Source of the DNA: Octopus vulgaris
Lineage: Eukaryota
DNA: 64,000 bases
Reading direction: 5' to 3'
Assembly: GCA_951406725.2 (NCBI GenBank)
Contig: OX597816.1
Span: 30,442,001-30,506,000, forward strand
Shown: piece after piece, positions 39,136 through 52,599 of the stretch
How the letters are laid out: the number at the start of each line of letters is the position of its first letter
Position numbering within the stretch: position 1 is the first letter of the stretch
Program-made: the position numbers and the translations under genes
Notes under the pieces: model-generated
What the model saw: the letters and a program-made list of their open reading frames with translations, nothing else
Databases searched by the model: none
Told to the model about the DNA's origin: nothing

Positions 39136-39300
39136 TACGACAGGCTTCTTTCAGTTTCCGTCTACCAAATCCACTCACAAGGCATTGGTCGGCCCGGGGC
39201 TATAGCAGAAGACACTTTCCCAAGATGCCACGCAGTGGGACTGAACCCGGAACCATGTGGTTGTTTAGCAAGCTACTTACCACACAGCCACGCCTGCGCC
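38851..39300 (-). mobile_element. SINE C, full length
   Basis: Reverse complement of 37840-38328. Confidence 0.9.
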
Positions 39301-39589
39301 TATTGTGTTGGCTTTAGATCATCATACATTAAAATATGATAATAATCAAAAGTAACATCTAGTCACTAAATTCTCGTCCGTTTTATGATGAATTCCAATA
39401 TTTGTAACTTACTGTTGAGAAACGTGAAATAAGGGTGGCTAGACTTCTGCAGGAAGTACAGGTAAAACACCTAGAAATTAAATGGAAATATGTAATATGA
39501 CTTAAGCACTCAGTCACCTTCTACATTGAAATATAATATAATACAATACACACACTCACATATACACATATACACATACGAGTATAAAC

Positions 39590-39621
<32 letters not shown>

Positions 39622-39631
39622 ATATGTATAC

Positions 39632-39717
<86 letters not shown>

Positions 39718-39847
39718 TATATATGTATACATATATACATACACACACACACACATATATATATATGTATGTATATTAACATGTACTGATGTATATACCC
39801 AAACACGTAGGAACCCACACACGCACATACGCATGTGTACGCACACA

Positions 39848-39895
<48 letters not shown>

Positions 39896-39896
39896 G

Positions 39897-40098
39897 AGTA
39901 ATGGGGTGGGTAATACAAACTTGCAGGTTTTAAATCCGAATTTAGATTTGTAATTTGGTTTGTCTTGTTTATCAAAGAAATAGGCCTGCCATCTAAGTCT
40001 TTTGATAAATTGATTAGTCTTCTGCAGAAAGCATTTTAAGTAGATTTTCATATTTGTTATCTGTATATTATTGTTTTTATTGACTGTATATATACATA

Positions 40099-40143
<45 letters not shown>

Positions 40144-40176
40144 ACACATATATACATAACATGCATACTACGTACG

Positions 40177-40215
<39 letters not shown>

Positions 40216-40607
40216 ATGATGTATGTATATAAGTATACATTTATACAATGTATACATGTATATATATATGTAAATGTATATACACATATTATAAATTTTT
40301 ATATAAATAAGGATAAGATCGTTATTTTACAATACCGATCATATCAAGTGGCCAGCTTGAGTTTTGACTGCTATCTCTAGCATGGTGTATATCTTAGATA
40401 CCCTTGATTATAATTTTAATAATAATAAATACCTATATGGTTTTTATTCCTATGCTGTCCCCTTGATATCATCGGTATTTTAAATAGCAATCTTATCCTT
40501 ATTTATATAAAATTCATATACTTTGTTATTATATTCACTGCGGTGGTATTTTGATCATATAACACGTGGTGTTTAGACGGACAATCAAACCAGTTGTGTA
40601 TATACGT

Positions 40608-40657
<50 letters not shown>

Positions 40658-40691
40658 ATGTATACGTGCGTATATGTAAGTATTCATGTGT

Positions 40692-40730
<39 letters not shown>

Positions 40731-40940
40731 AATTATGTACTATCTGTGTATATTCCACTGATGAAGCAGAGTATATTTTTATACAGAGTCAGAAATCTGG
40801 ATCTGGGATTATCCAATAACTTTTTGCTAGTTAATTTGTCTTTTCATCTTGTGCTGTATGAATACATGAAGTGGTTTTAGAGTCAAGTTTTAACTGCTAT
40901 CTATAGCATGATGGTATCTCTTAGATACCCTTAATTATAA

Positions 40941-40950
<10 letters not shown>
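39897..40950. mobile_element. Penelope-like element remnant cluster (ORF N-terminus and pLTR-like pieces)
   Basis: Minus-strand YLKCFLQKTNQFIKRLRWQAYFFD..KFGFKT resembles PLE ORF N-termini; ~60-bp inverted repeat 40297-40355/40454-40512; direct repeat at about 40358 and 40886. Confidence 0.6.
40752..40809 (+). ncRNA. Degenerate type I hammerhead ribozyme
   Basis: ATTCCA-CTGATGA-(stem II with GTATA/TATAC)-GAAA-TCTGGA-TC-TGGGAT; stem I pairs with one GU. Confidence 0.6.
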
Positions 40951-41024
<74 letters not shown>

Positions 41025-41539
41025 CATATGCACAAATGTGTACATATATATCTCTACATACATATACGTACGCAACTGGTACATATATATGTATATTCAC
41101 AACCATACTAACACTCACGCGCACTTGGAACCCGGAACCTAAAGAGCCGGAATAAATACCGTTAAGGAGTTTCCTTGCAAGCCAACGATTCTATCAGCTC
41201 GCTGCCATATGTCTCGAAATAATTCAGCATTAAACTAAAGAATACTCAATACTTTTCTATTTACTGATAAGGAAGACAACCTCCCTTACAACAAGTAGAG
41301 CGTCAAATCACCGGGGATTTCGGATAGAATTCCTTAATCCTCATCTCTATTGCCTAGAGTTAAGCTAATTCGCCTTGTCAGTTTATAGAAAATACTATAG
41401 GAATCAGTGGCTGATTCGTGTATATGCCCAGGCCTAGGTCTATCATTGTTTTATATAGGACCTATGGTAAGAACAAAATAGAGGCGAGTTCACAGTTTTG
41501 TTTCACGCCATTGAAAAATGTTAAAATAGGTGGTACAAT

Positions 41540-42125
41540 CACCATTGCAGAGAACTTGATCGGTCACATTGACATGAAAGAGTCTTATCAATGTGGTGAA
41601 TTTATATGCACAGCCCAGCTTAGTTAAGATGGTCTACAAAACGTCTCTGTCGACAGCGGAAGCCACATTGGGCTTCACACAAGTTGTTCTCAGAGATGCT
41701 GGTGATGATCCTCTTAAAAAGGATGCGGGCCAGGATTTTTCCAGCAATGGAAAGCAGGGAAATGCCCCTGTAATTTCCACAGTCTGATTTGGCTTCTTTG
41801 TTCTTGTAGAGTGTAATTATGGTGGCATCTCGGTAATCTGCAGGCATACATACAAGGATATCATAAGAATGCCGTGGTGCCAAGTGCCTTGTACAGTTCT
41901 GCAGAAATTCCACCTGCTCCCGGAGTTTTGCTACAGTTCATTTCTTTTATGACTGTCTTGATCTCTTTTACACTAGGCGGCAGGTCAAGGTCTTTGAGTA
42001 GAGGCTTCTGAGGTATTTGCTGCTATGCTTCCTGGTCGACAGTGGATGGCCGGTTTAGGAGTTGGTTGAAGTGCTCCTCCCATCTTGCTCTGATTCCTTC
42101 TTGTTTTTGATGACTGTTGAGCCAT
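41540..42125 (-). mobile_element. RTE-BovB-like LINE reverse transcriptase fragment
   Basis: RARWEEHFNQLLNRPS and DATIITLYKNK..SDCGNYRGISLLSIAGKILARIL..EAQCGFR. Confidence 0.9.
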
Positions 42126-44572
42126 ATATTATATATCTGTGTGTGTGTGTGTGTGTGTAGTGTGTGTGTGTACGTTGTCTAGTGTATTCTTGTTTTTTCA
42201 TCAGGGAGTAGATTATATTTGAGAGGAAAGATGTATGTTTATAATTGCAGATCGAATGACCTGGTAGTGACTCGCTGGTTTGCTTGCAGAAACTAATTTT
42301 ATTTTTCTTCTTATTTTCTATTTTCCAGACATCACGATGAAACAATTCAATGCTTTCTGTATTCAGCTAGTTTACGTCCTCTTGTTTTGAATCAACATCC
42401 ACTGGGAATCACAGCTCAAATGTTTTTTGTGCAGCACTTGTCAAATATTTTCTGAGAATTCTTTGGATACTATTTTCAGTCAGTAAAAAATATTTCTGCT
42501 TTCACAAATAATCCCAGATTCCCAAACACTTTTTTATTTTGCTAATTCGAGAAATGAAGTAAATATTTTATGTAGACACTAAGTAACATTAGCTTCAACT
42601 CAATTTGATAAAATGTAAGTACAAATAACGCACACAATTCAGTTGTCTAAAGATGACGAGCTCATGGCCTTAGTCTATGATCCTCCAATTGAAGGAGAAT
42701 AACAAAAATTAATTTCTAATGGAAAATCCTTACGCTGTTTTATTTGCTTTGTTTTGACAATAAAACAACTTTTTGTCCTTGGAAACGCGGAATAAATCAG
42801 TGTCTATTTTAATATTTGTTTTCTAATGTGTTGTAAGCTAATTTCATATAAGTAGTCATACTTTGGGTCGACATCCATTAATGAAGAAAGTTGTAGTTTA
42901 AAGAATTATAGATTATGGAACTGCAATTATGCTCTTCACCAGAATCAATAAAATTGTCACTTAGGAAGTAAAAGGATTTTCGACGAAAATTAAAACGTTT
43001 TAATAAAAAAACATTTTTATAGAAACGTTTTAATAAAATTGAAAATGTTTTAATAAAATGGAAAAACATTTTATAATGATAAATAGAAACATCGATTCAT
43101 CGCAAAAGTAAAAGGTTTTGCATCTTTGATTAGTTAGCTGATTAATAAACATTTTTCGACGTTGTCTAAGGTGGTTTAGTTGTTAGTGTGCAGATTAAGT
43201 CTTCCATTTGGTATAGACTATGTTTCTGGAAAATGAACTGGATAATTTGATTAACAATTCGGACAATGACCAATGTACTTATAAAGCGTCATAATGGGCA
43301 TTCAGTGATAAGACTGTATTTTGAAACTGTTTATGTTCAGCTATAAACTATCAGTTTTGTTGCCAAACTGTGTTTAGCCACAAAGTATTTGTTTCGTATC
43401 AAGCTATCTATTTATTTAGTCTGTTTAGCTTCCAACTATTTGCTCAATTTACAAACTGTTTGCTTGCATCAGACCATCTGTTAGTTACAAATTATCAGGT
43501 GATACAAGGTGAAAAGAAAGTGGTTATTTTAACTTCGTTTTGTTTAGATAAAAATTTAACCACCAGCAAGCCAAAAGAGACTATTCAGTCACTAGAACTG
43601 CTAAAAATAGCAGTAAAATCGCCTTCAAATCACACCCTACTGTAATGTAAAAAAAAACATGCTTTAGTTGTAGCCTTCATATACAGTGTTTATATATGAA
43701 AAGATGAGATGGTTTCGGCAAGAATGTCTTGAATTATATGCTTGATTAACGATAGCAGTAGCAGAAGCAACAACAACAATAACAACAAGAACAACAAGAA
43801 CAACAACAGCAACAACAACAGAAGCAGCTTTATATCAGCAGCAAATGTTTGTTGATTTGTTCCAAGATATTAGCTAAACTTACGTGTTACTAATTAGATA
43901 GCAAGTTAAATATATATTGTATCTAATTTCTTCGTATATACACTGGAGGTTTTCCATTCATTGTTGCTGTATAAAGTTAGAGTTAGTTTATATAATTGCG
44001 AGTTTCCGGACATGTCAAATTGGAAGTATTTAACACTGCCGTCTTACAATGACACACAGTAACAGTTTCTAAAGGAACTGTTTGGATAGATTCATTTCAC
44101 ACAATACACGCCTTGTGTTTATTCTATCGATCTCACAGAGAAGAAGACAAAATGTAACCCGAGCACGAAATATTTAAGATGTAATATTTTGAATCATTAA
44201 ATGCGTTGCAGGCTTTCAGTTTGTTCCTTTATTCATATATTCCCGCGTTGAGACCGTTTCTATTCTTTTAGTGGAGATAAAATAACGTATTATAATCGAT
44301 TCTATCGACCGTATAGTTTGTTCTAAAGCTTAAATTAAATATAAAGTGACAAGGTAACGTGTGTAGTGGTGGACATGAAATTGTATGACATATTCTATTA
44401 CTGGTTCCAATCACTGGCTTATGTCCATACTGGAGCATTGCATCAGAGGGTTTTAGTTTAGTATATCGATCCCAGTACTTATTTCAGCCTCATATTTGGT
44501 TTAGAGGTCTACAGTTATTGAATGATTAAGCAACATATATTTACACCATACTTTTACGCGCACACATACGCG

Positions 44573-44603
<31 letters not shown>

Positions 44604-45306
44604 ATACACACACACAACTCAGACTTCAGTACACAAAGCATCTACTGAATTTCAATCACAAGTTAATGTTTAACCCGAGGTTAAGTAGAAAACATTTGCT
44701 TTACAGTTGAATGAAACCCTGAACCGTGTGATTACGAAGTTAAAATCCTTCACCTCGCAGCTAGTCCTGCAATCTATGACTGTGATACCATTACCAACAT
44801 GTATGGAGAATTGCTTTCTATTCAACAGTGGAATAAACTATTACACCTTGCCACCTTCATGTATTGCTAAAATGTTCAGTAAAGTTTCGTATTTTAATTA
44901 AACTGATCGTTTGAATTAATGCCTATACTTGACTGACTAGTATTTATTGAATTGATTCCTAAAGGATGAAATACTAAATCACTTTCGGTAGGTTTCGAAT
45001 CCAGAGTAACGTAACTAAATACCGCAGGCATTATGTATTCTGCTCTACGAATTCTATTAACAATTTATCACTTCAGCAATTTTAGTAGCGCGCAAATTTT
45101 GTAAAATGTAATATTTCAGGTACAAAAACCTGAAAATTTTGTGGCGATAGCTAACTGATTGTATCAACTTCAGTGTTCGACTGGTACTTAATTCCTCAAT
45201 CCCAAAAGGATGAAAAGCAAAGTTGACGTCGGTGGGATATGAACTTAGAACGTAGAGACAGATGAAATGTCGCTAAGCATTTTCCCAGGCATTAAAAAAA
45301 TGTAAT

Positions 45307-45527
45307 ACTCTTTACTCTCTCTTTTACTCTTTTACTTGTTTCAGTCATTTGACTGCGGCCATGCTGGAGCACCGCCTTTAGTCGAGCAAATCGACCCCAG
45401 GACTTATTCTTTGTAAGCCTAGTACTTATTCTATCGGTCTCTTTTGGCGAACCGCTAAGGTACGGTGACGTAAACACACCAGCATCAGTTGTCAAGTGAT
45501 GTTGGGGGGACAAACACAGACACACAA

Positions 45528-45598
<71 letters not shown>

Positions 45599-45712
45599 TA
45601 CGACGGGCTTCTTTCAGTTTCCGTCTACCAAATCCACTCACAAGGCTTTGGTCGGCCCGAGGCTATAGTAGAACCCGGAACAAGCTACTTACCACACAGC
45701 CATTCCTACGCC
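45307..45712 (-). mobile_element. SINE C
   Basis: Matches 38851-39300; flanked by diverged SINE B copies at about 45120-45290 and 45720-45905. Confidence 0.9.
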
Positions 45713-46094
45713 TGGTTACTGGTCACAAATTTTGACAAAAGTCCAGTAATTTCTAAAAAGGGGTAAGCCGTTTACATTGATCTCAATGTTCAACTCATGC
45801 TAATTTTGTCGAACCCGAAAGAATGAAATGTTAAGTTGACCTTGGCGGAATTTGCATTCAGAATGTAAAAACGGATGAAATACCGCTAAGCATTTTGCGC
45901 GGCGTTTGTAAAATGTAATATTAATTCCTTTTAGAGTGTAAAAGATGCAAATTGATAATGAAGGGTTAACGCCAGTGTAATCGTTCCCAATAACATTACT
46001 GGTGCTATTTAACAAGTATGAGGTATAGGAAATCAGTGTTTACCCTACTTAGTAAGCGTGATCAGAAATTAAAGAGACGCGATTAAAAATGGAA

Positions 46095-46468
46095 TGGAAG
46101 CACTCCGTCGGTTACGACGACGAGGGTTCCGGTTGATCCGAATCAACGGAACAGCCTGCTCGTGAAATTAACGTGTAAGTGGCTGAGCACTCCACAGACA
46201 CGTGTACCCTTAACGTAGTTCTCGGGGATATTCAGCGTGACACAGAGAGTGACAAGGCCGGCCCTTTGAAATACAGGTACAACAGAAACAGGAAGTAAGA
46301 GTGAGAGAAAGTTGTGGTGAAAGAGTACAGCAGGGATCACCACCATCCCCTGCTGGAGCCTCGTGGAGCTTTAGGTGTTTTCGCTCAATAAACACTTACA
46401 ACGCCCGGTCTGGGAATCGAAACCGCGATCCTACGACCGCGAGTCCGCTGCCCTAACCACTGGGCCAT
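46095..46468 (-). mobile_element. SINE A, tail type 2
   Basis: Near-identical to 32326-32709. Confidence 0.9.
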
Positions 46469-47841
46469 AAAAATATACTGTATGTGAATGAGAAACAGTA
46501 TGTATTCAACAGGCGAGAAGTAACAGCCAAATCTCTCTGAAACAGTAGTTGTGAAGCAAACTTTTGATAGCATGACCAAATCGGCATTTTTTTCTACTGC
46601 TGGGAGTGTTAAGTAGATAAGAGATAAAGCAACCTTGGACATAACGCTCAGTTATTACAAGTCCCAGTTCTCACAGATGAGAAAAAAAAAAAAAAAATTG
46701 AATTCGGCACTACAAACTAACGAAAAACCCGTCAAATCCGCAACATTCGCGGTAATCACACCACACCTGATGGTCTTTATATCTATGCCTAAGTGCATTC
46801 AAGTGTTGTTTAACCTCAGCTAGACTACGATTGAACAAATCTATAATCTTCCGTTTATTGCTTTAGTTGCCTATGTAATCGTAAGTAGACTCAGATACCA
46901 GCTCTATCCTACTACTCTTGATCGAGCAGAATATCGTGGATGTAACCGGCGGAGGGAGAGTGGACCATATTAGCGCTAGGCAAGAACTCACCGTAGCTTA
47001 GTTGGCAGAATCAAAGTAAAATGAAGAGCAGCAGTCGAGGGCATAACACGCCACCCAGTTCAGTAACCGAACCCCTGACCAGATGGTGAATCCAACAACC
47101 TTACCACTAGGCCACGTGTCTTTACGCACGAAATAATAATTATTGTATATACTAATACTGTTTCCAATATAGCTATGTGGCCATGTGCCAATATAAGGAA
47201 GCGCAGTAGCAGTAACACCAGCAGCGGCAGCTGTGATGGTAGTAATAGAAGCTATAGCAGGGAAGAAGTAGCTGGTAGACCTCCAATATACTCCATCTAA
47301 GATCTAAGAAAGTTACAAACTCACTTGACAAATATACAAAAGAGTTATTTCTTTTTACTGCCTGTTTTCCATTATTTTTTGGAAGCAGTTCAACTTAATA
47401 ATCGAGTCTTGATTTCATTTCAATAGTAAACATATTCGTTTGACAAATTAACTCACACTAATCTTCCAGTTCCTTCTCACTGGTGACAACCAGAGGAAGT
47501 GAATTTATTTTCTTGATTTTAATCAATATTGCTTAAAGACTGCTGTTTCTGAGTTCTCTCAGTCTAAGAGGCCAGTCTAACACGTGACATATTCCTTCAC
47601 ACTTCACTCTAAACAAACAGGTTTCTGGTCAATCAGAGAGAATAACGATCAATGAGCAAGACTCAAGAAGATCGGTCGATATGTTAAAATAGCAGCCAAC
47701 TTTTTCCCAAATCGCACCACGCAGTTTCGTGCTCAGTCAGACTGTGTGGCACCTTGGATATTTGTCTTCTACTATAATCATGGTCTGACAAATGCATTGT
47801 GAGTGGATTTGGTGTCGACAGAAACTGTGGAAGCATATCTA

Positions 47842-48523
47842 TCTATATATATAAAACTGAGAAAGTCTGTCTATCTGTCTGTCTGTATGTATGTGTAGAT
47901 CACTAAACTCGAGAACTAGCCGACGGATGTCATTCGTATTTATATACGTTTGTATACTCTTTTACTCTTTTACTTGTTTCAGTCATTTGACTGCGGCCAT
48001 GCTGGAGCACCGCCTTTTGAAAAATTGTATTTATATACATATATATGTGTAACTACATGAGAGGATATATTTAGGTGGTTAGGGCAGCGGTCTCCTGGTC
48101 ACAGGATCGCGGTTTCGATTCCCAGACTGGGCGTTGTGATTGCTTATTGAGCGAAAACACTTAATGCTCCACGCGGCTGCGGCTGGGGATAGTGGCGATC
48201 CCTGCTGTACTCTTTCGCCACAACTTTCTCTCTTTCTTCTGTTGGTCTGTTCACTTAGCCAGCAGGGTGGCGTCATTTGAAGGCTAAAACAATGCGAAGC
48301 GCATTGTGACTAGCGATGTGTAGCAACATCTGATAGCCTGGTCGGTCACGGTGATCACGGTGATATAAATATATATGTATATGTGTGCATACATTTGTAC
48401 ATATATATGTACATATTTATAAAAGAGGTGAGAACCAAAATCCTTATACTTCATTTACTGTATATATATATATATTTATCTATATATATGAATGTATATG
48501 TATATATATGTGTATATATATGA

Positions 48524-48608
<85 letters not shown>

Positions 48609-48616
48609 CATATATA

Positions 48617-48660
<44 letters not shown>

Positions 48661-48952
48661 ATATACGTGTAGAAAGAAGACTGATGTATACATGTATATA
48701 TTTGTGCGTATGTGTGTCTGTGTTTTTACTCCACCATTGTTTGACAAACGCTCTGTTTACGTTCCACATAATTTAGCAGTTCGGCAAAAGACACTGATAG
48801 GATAAGTACTAGGTTTACAAAAATAAATCCTGTGGACGACTCTTTAGACCAAAGATGTGCTCCAGAATGGCCGGAGTCACATGACTGAAAGAAGTAAAAC
48901 AATAAAAAACTATGCTACTTTAAACCCGAGCAAGGCCGGGTATCTCTGCTAG
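47842..48952 (+). mobile_element. Non-autonomous Helitron-type ends enclosing SINE fragments
   Basis: 5' A|TCTATATATATAAAACTG; 3' hairpin CCCGAGCAAGGCCGGG then CTGCTAG|T; both ends match the 57548-58061 element. Confidence 0.7.
48075..48365 (+). mobile_element. SINE A, tail type 3
   Basis: Family A head and body, followed by GGCGTCATTTGAAGGCTAAAAC..GGTCACGGTGATCACGGTGAT. Confidence 0.8.
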
Positions 48953-48961
48953 TATATATAT

Positions 48962-49877
48962 GTATAGCTGAAATTTACAGAAAAACAAAAGACGAACACA
49001 GGTGTATTAGTTTGACGCTCGCAAAGACGAGAAAGTCCTTTGCGTTTCGAGCTTACGCTCTTCAACAGAAAAGAACACGAAGAAATAAACAGAGAGAAAA
49101 AATACTCGTAGAATTAGCGGTCAATCATAGCGACTGTTTGGACAAAGGTAGTTAGACAGGATAGCTAGGAAGAATGGAAGATAAAGTACTGGTGATCCCA
49201 AAACGAAAGTGCGCGTATATGTGTATGTGAGAGTGTGTGCGAGTGGATACGGGTTCGTGACTTTGACGTGTGGATGTGTGCGTCTGTAATGTGTGTGTGT
49301 GTGGATGATGGTGTGGGTGCTGGGACGTGGTCAGTGCTAGTGTGTACGGAGTGGTGTGGGTCGATGTGGTGTGGTGTAGTGTGGTGGTGTGGTGTAGTGT
49401 GGTGGTGTGGTGGTGTGTGGTGTGGCGGTTTTGGGTGATGATGTGGGGTTAGGGATGGGGTATGTGGGAGTAGGATGTGTGGGGTGTGTGTGGATGGAGG
49501 TGAATACATATGTATATATTTATATCTTTGTGTGTATATATATACTCGCAAAAATATATATCTTGTAGTTGAATGTAGTTGAAATTTACAGAAAAGCAAA
49601 AGACTAAGACAGGTGTATAAACAACAAACAGGTGTATTATTTTAACGCTCGGGAAGGTGAGAAAGTCTTTTACGCTTCGACCCTATGTTCTTCAACAGAA
49701 AGGAACACGAGGAAATAAACAGAGAAAGAATAAAAGAAGCTTTTGGGGAATAAAAAAAGCTTTTGGATCATAGCAGCTGGCTGGACAGAGGTAATTAGAA
49801 AGGAGAGTTAGGAAGAAGGGGAGATAATAAAGTATTGGTGATCCCAAAGCGAAGCTGGCGTGCGTGTGTATGCGAGA
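48962..49877 (-). mobile_element. Tandem PLE-type terminal repeats, each with a variant hammerhead
   Basis: Direct repeats at about 48962-49235 and 49574-49877 around a GT-rich spacer; minus-strand CTGTTGAA-GAGC-GTAA-GCTC-GAAACG. Confidence 0.6.
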
Positions 49878-50479
49878 GTTTTAATATCTGGTTGACCCTC
49901 CTTAAGCATCAATTACCACTTTTATACTGTACTGTACATATGTAACCAATTATGAGTAAGACCAACGTCCAAAATTAACTTGTGTTTCCTTGATTATTTC
50001 AGAGTTTTATGCTAAAATATGTTGTAGATACAGATAATAAACTGTAAAATGCCTAAAACAAGGGAGGTGAGTGTGAGCGAGGTCAAATCGTAACTCATCA
50101 TGAAGATGGAATATCTCAAAGGCAAATTGCTCAGAAGATGAAATGTTCTCGATGTGCGGTGCAAACGACTCTCAAGCACTTCAGAAAGACAAAAGATGTG
50201 AGTGAAGCTATCAGGAACACATCAATTAAAAATAAAGAGCATTTGTACCAAATGTTGAGAGAAGTATGGAGTAAACTTGCACCCAGTACCTGCAAGAAAC
50301 TAGCTGATTCAATGCTTATCCGTATGAAAGCGGTAATTAATGCTAAAGAAGGCCCAACCAGATATCAAAACTAATGTATATTTTGAAATATACCATAATC
50401 TACTATGTGCACGAGTTTCTTTAACATTGAGATAGCAGTACCCCAAAACATTGGGTTGCCCTAATACTTTTGGCCAAGG

Positions 50480-50482
<3 letters not shown>
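49877..50482 (+). mobile_element. Internally deleted Tc1 element
   Basis: MPKTRE..HEDGISQRQIAQKMKCSRCAVQTTL joined to C-terminal CKKLADSM..RMKAVINAKEGPTRY; right TIR ends ..GGCCAAGGCTG|TA; partial left TIR at about 49877-49930. Confidence 0.8.
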
Positions 50483-50554
<72 letters not shown>

Positions 50555-51676
50555 TGTATGTATGTATGTATGTATGTATGTATGTATATATATATATATG
50601 TATGTATATATATATATATATATATACATATATATATACACATACATATAAATATATATATACATATACATACACACACATATATATACATACATACACA
50701 CACTCACATATATACACACTCACATATATACATACATATACGTATACATACATACACATACACATGCGTATGTATACATACACATATATGTACATATACG
50801 TACACACATATATACACATACTGACATACACAAACATATATACTCACATATATTAGTATTGTATGTTGTGATGATAAGAGACTATCTTTGACATAAAAAG
50901 GGTTTCAATTGGTATGTGTTTGAAATATAATGAAGTGAATTTTGATGATTGTGGATTGCATTTACTCGATTGTTTCATCCGTTAAAATGCTTTTGTTGTT
51001 TCTTAATTGTAATTGATGTAAGATTGAATAATTAACGCTCACGCTCTTAGCACAGACATTTGAATCAATTTTTATAATCCAGCCGTCCTTTCGACATAGG
51101 ATTTCGTTTTTCTGAACCGATTGACCTTGAAGTGACTATATATATAATGGAACTGTGATTATGTATATCAGAAAAAATATATATAAGTAGAAACAATTTA
51201 TTGGCCTTTTATGGTTTTTATAATTATTTATATAATATTATGTTATATATCATATTCATAGTATTTAACGTAATATTGTAATATAAATAGATTGTTGAAT
51301 GTCAGTAGAATATCTCTATACTTAATTTAACTTTATTATTGAATTATATCAATATTTATATGGTATTCAACTGAAGTAGCAGTGAATTGGATGTTTAACA
51401 CACCCCTTTGAAGGATTTTTTCCCCTCAGCTTTTTACTATATATATATATATATATATATATACACTTACGTACGTACATACATACATGTACATATACAC
51501 ATACACACACATATGTGTTTGTGTCTGTGTGTATGCCTATGTGTGCACTTACCATGCGTTCGTTTACTATTTTACCTACTTATGCAATCACGAGTAGAGC
51601 AAGCGTGTGCCTGCCTGTTTTTCTTTCGACTTTCTTCCTTTCTCGCTTTCTGTGTCTCTCTCACTTTCTGTATATG

Positions 51677-51741
<65 letters not shown>

Positions 51742-51746
51742 TATAA

Positions 51747-51963
51747 ATACTCAAAGTAAGCAACAAGAATATCTTCGGTAATTTGGTACGATCGTTTCAC
51801 GCTACATCATTTTATTAAACATTGTAAGTATTACATCAGTTTTTAAATGTTGATGATTGCTCAACATTTTAAAACTGATGTAATACTTACAATGTTTAAT
51901 AAAATGATGTAGCGTGAAACGATCGTACCGAATTACCGAAGATAGTCTTGTTTCTTACTTTGA

Positions 51964-51967
<4 letters not shown>
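51747..51967. repeat. Long palindrome (107-bp arms, 7-nt loop) inside (TA)n
   Basis: Arms 51747-51853 and 51861-51967 with about 4 mismatches. Confidence 0.95.
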
Positions 51968-52012
<45 letters not shown>

Positions 52013-52599
52013 CATTAATCCAAACATGTGAGGAATTGGAGAAATGAAGCGGAAAATTCAGAGAATTTATTAGAACTTTATTGTATTTAAAATTTAGGAA
52101 TATACTTTACCCCTTAAGCATTAGATTGTCGAAAGTGTATAGCATATGGAGGTGAGTCACGAATTATGTCTATTCCGGACGTTGTTATGAAATATTTTGT
52201 TTTTAAAGTATGGATGTGTCTCAGAACATTATCCGTTAACATACAGAGATCACATAAGAACTTTTTTCTCCATTCAATGTATCATATGACGGTTAGAAAA
52301 AATGATATGTATAAGAGATATAATATGTATTTACATAAAAAGTGTTATAGATAAATATTGCTTATTATTCTGTCGATGAGTAGTGATATGAATTAATGGT
52401 ATTTTCTTCCCATTAAACATATTAAAACACACCTCTTCTTTGTTTACAAGAAGTGGGAAAAGATAAAGAGGTGTGGAACAAATAAGATAGTTGATAGCTG
52501 CTACATGTATTTAGCTTCCTTAAGAATGAGGCTAAATCAACATTCTACGATAATAAAGGCACAGGAAAAGAATAATCATACTACTGTTTTTTTAAAAAT

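Noticed and set aside
42240-43420. Possible hAT transposase remnant
   Set aside because: Motifs too weak and no TIR pair identified
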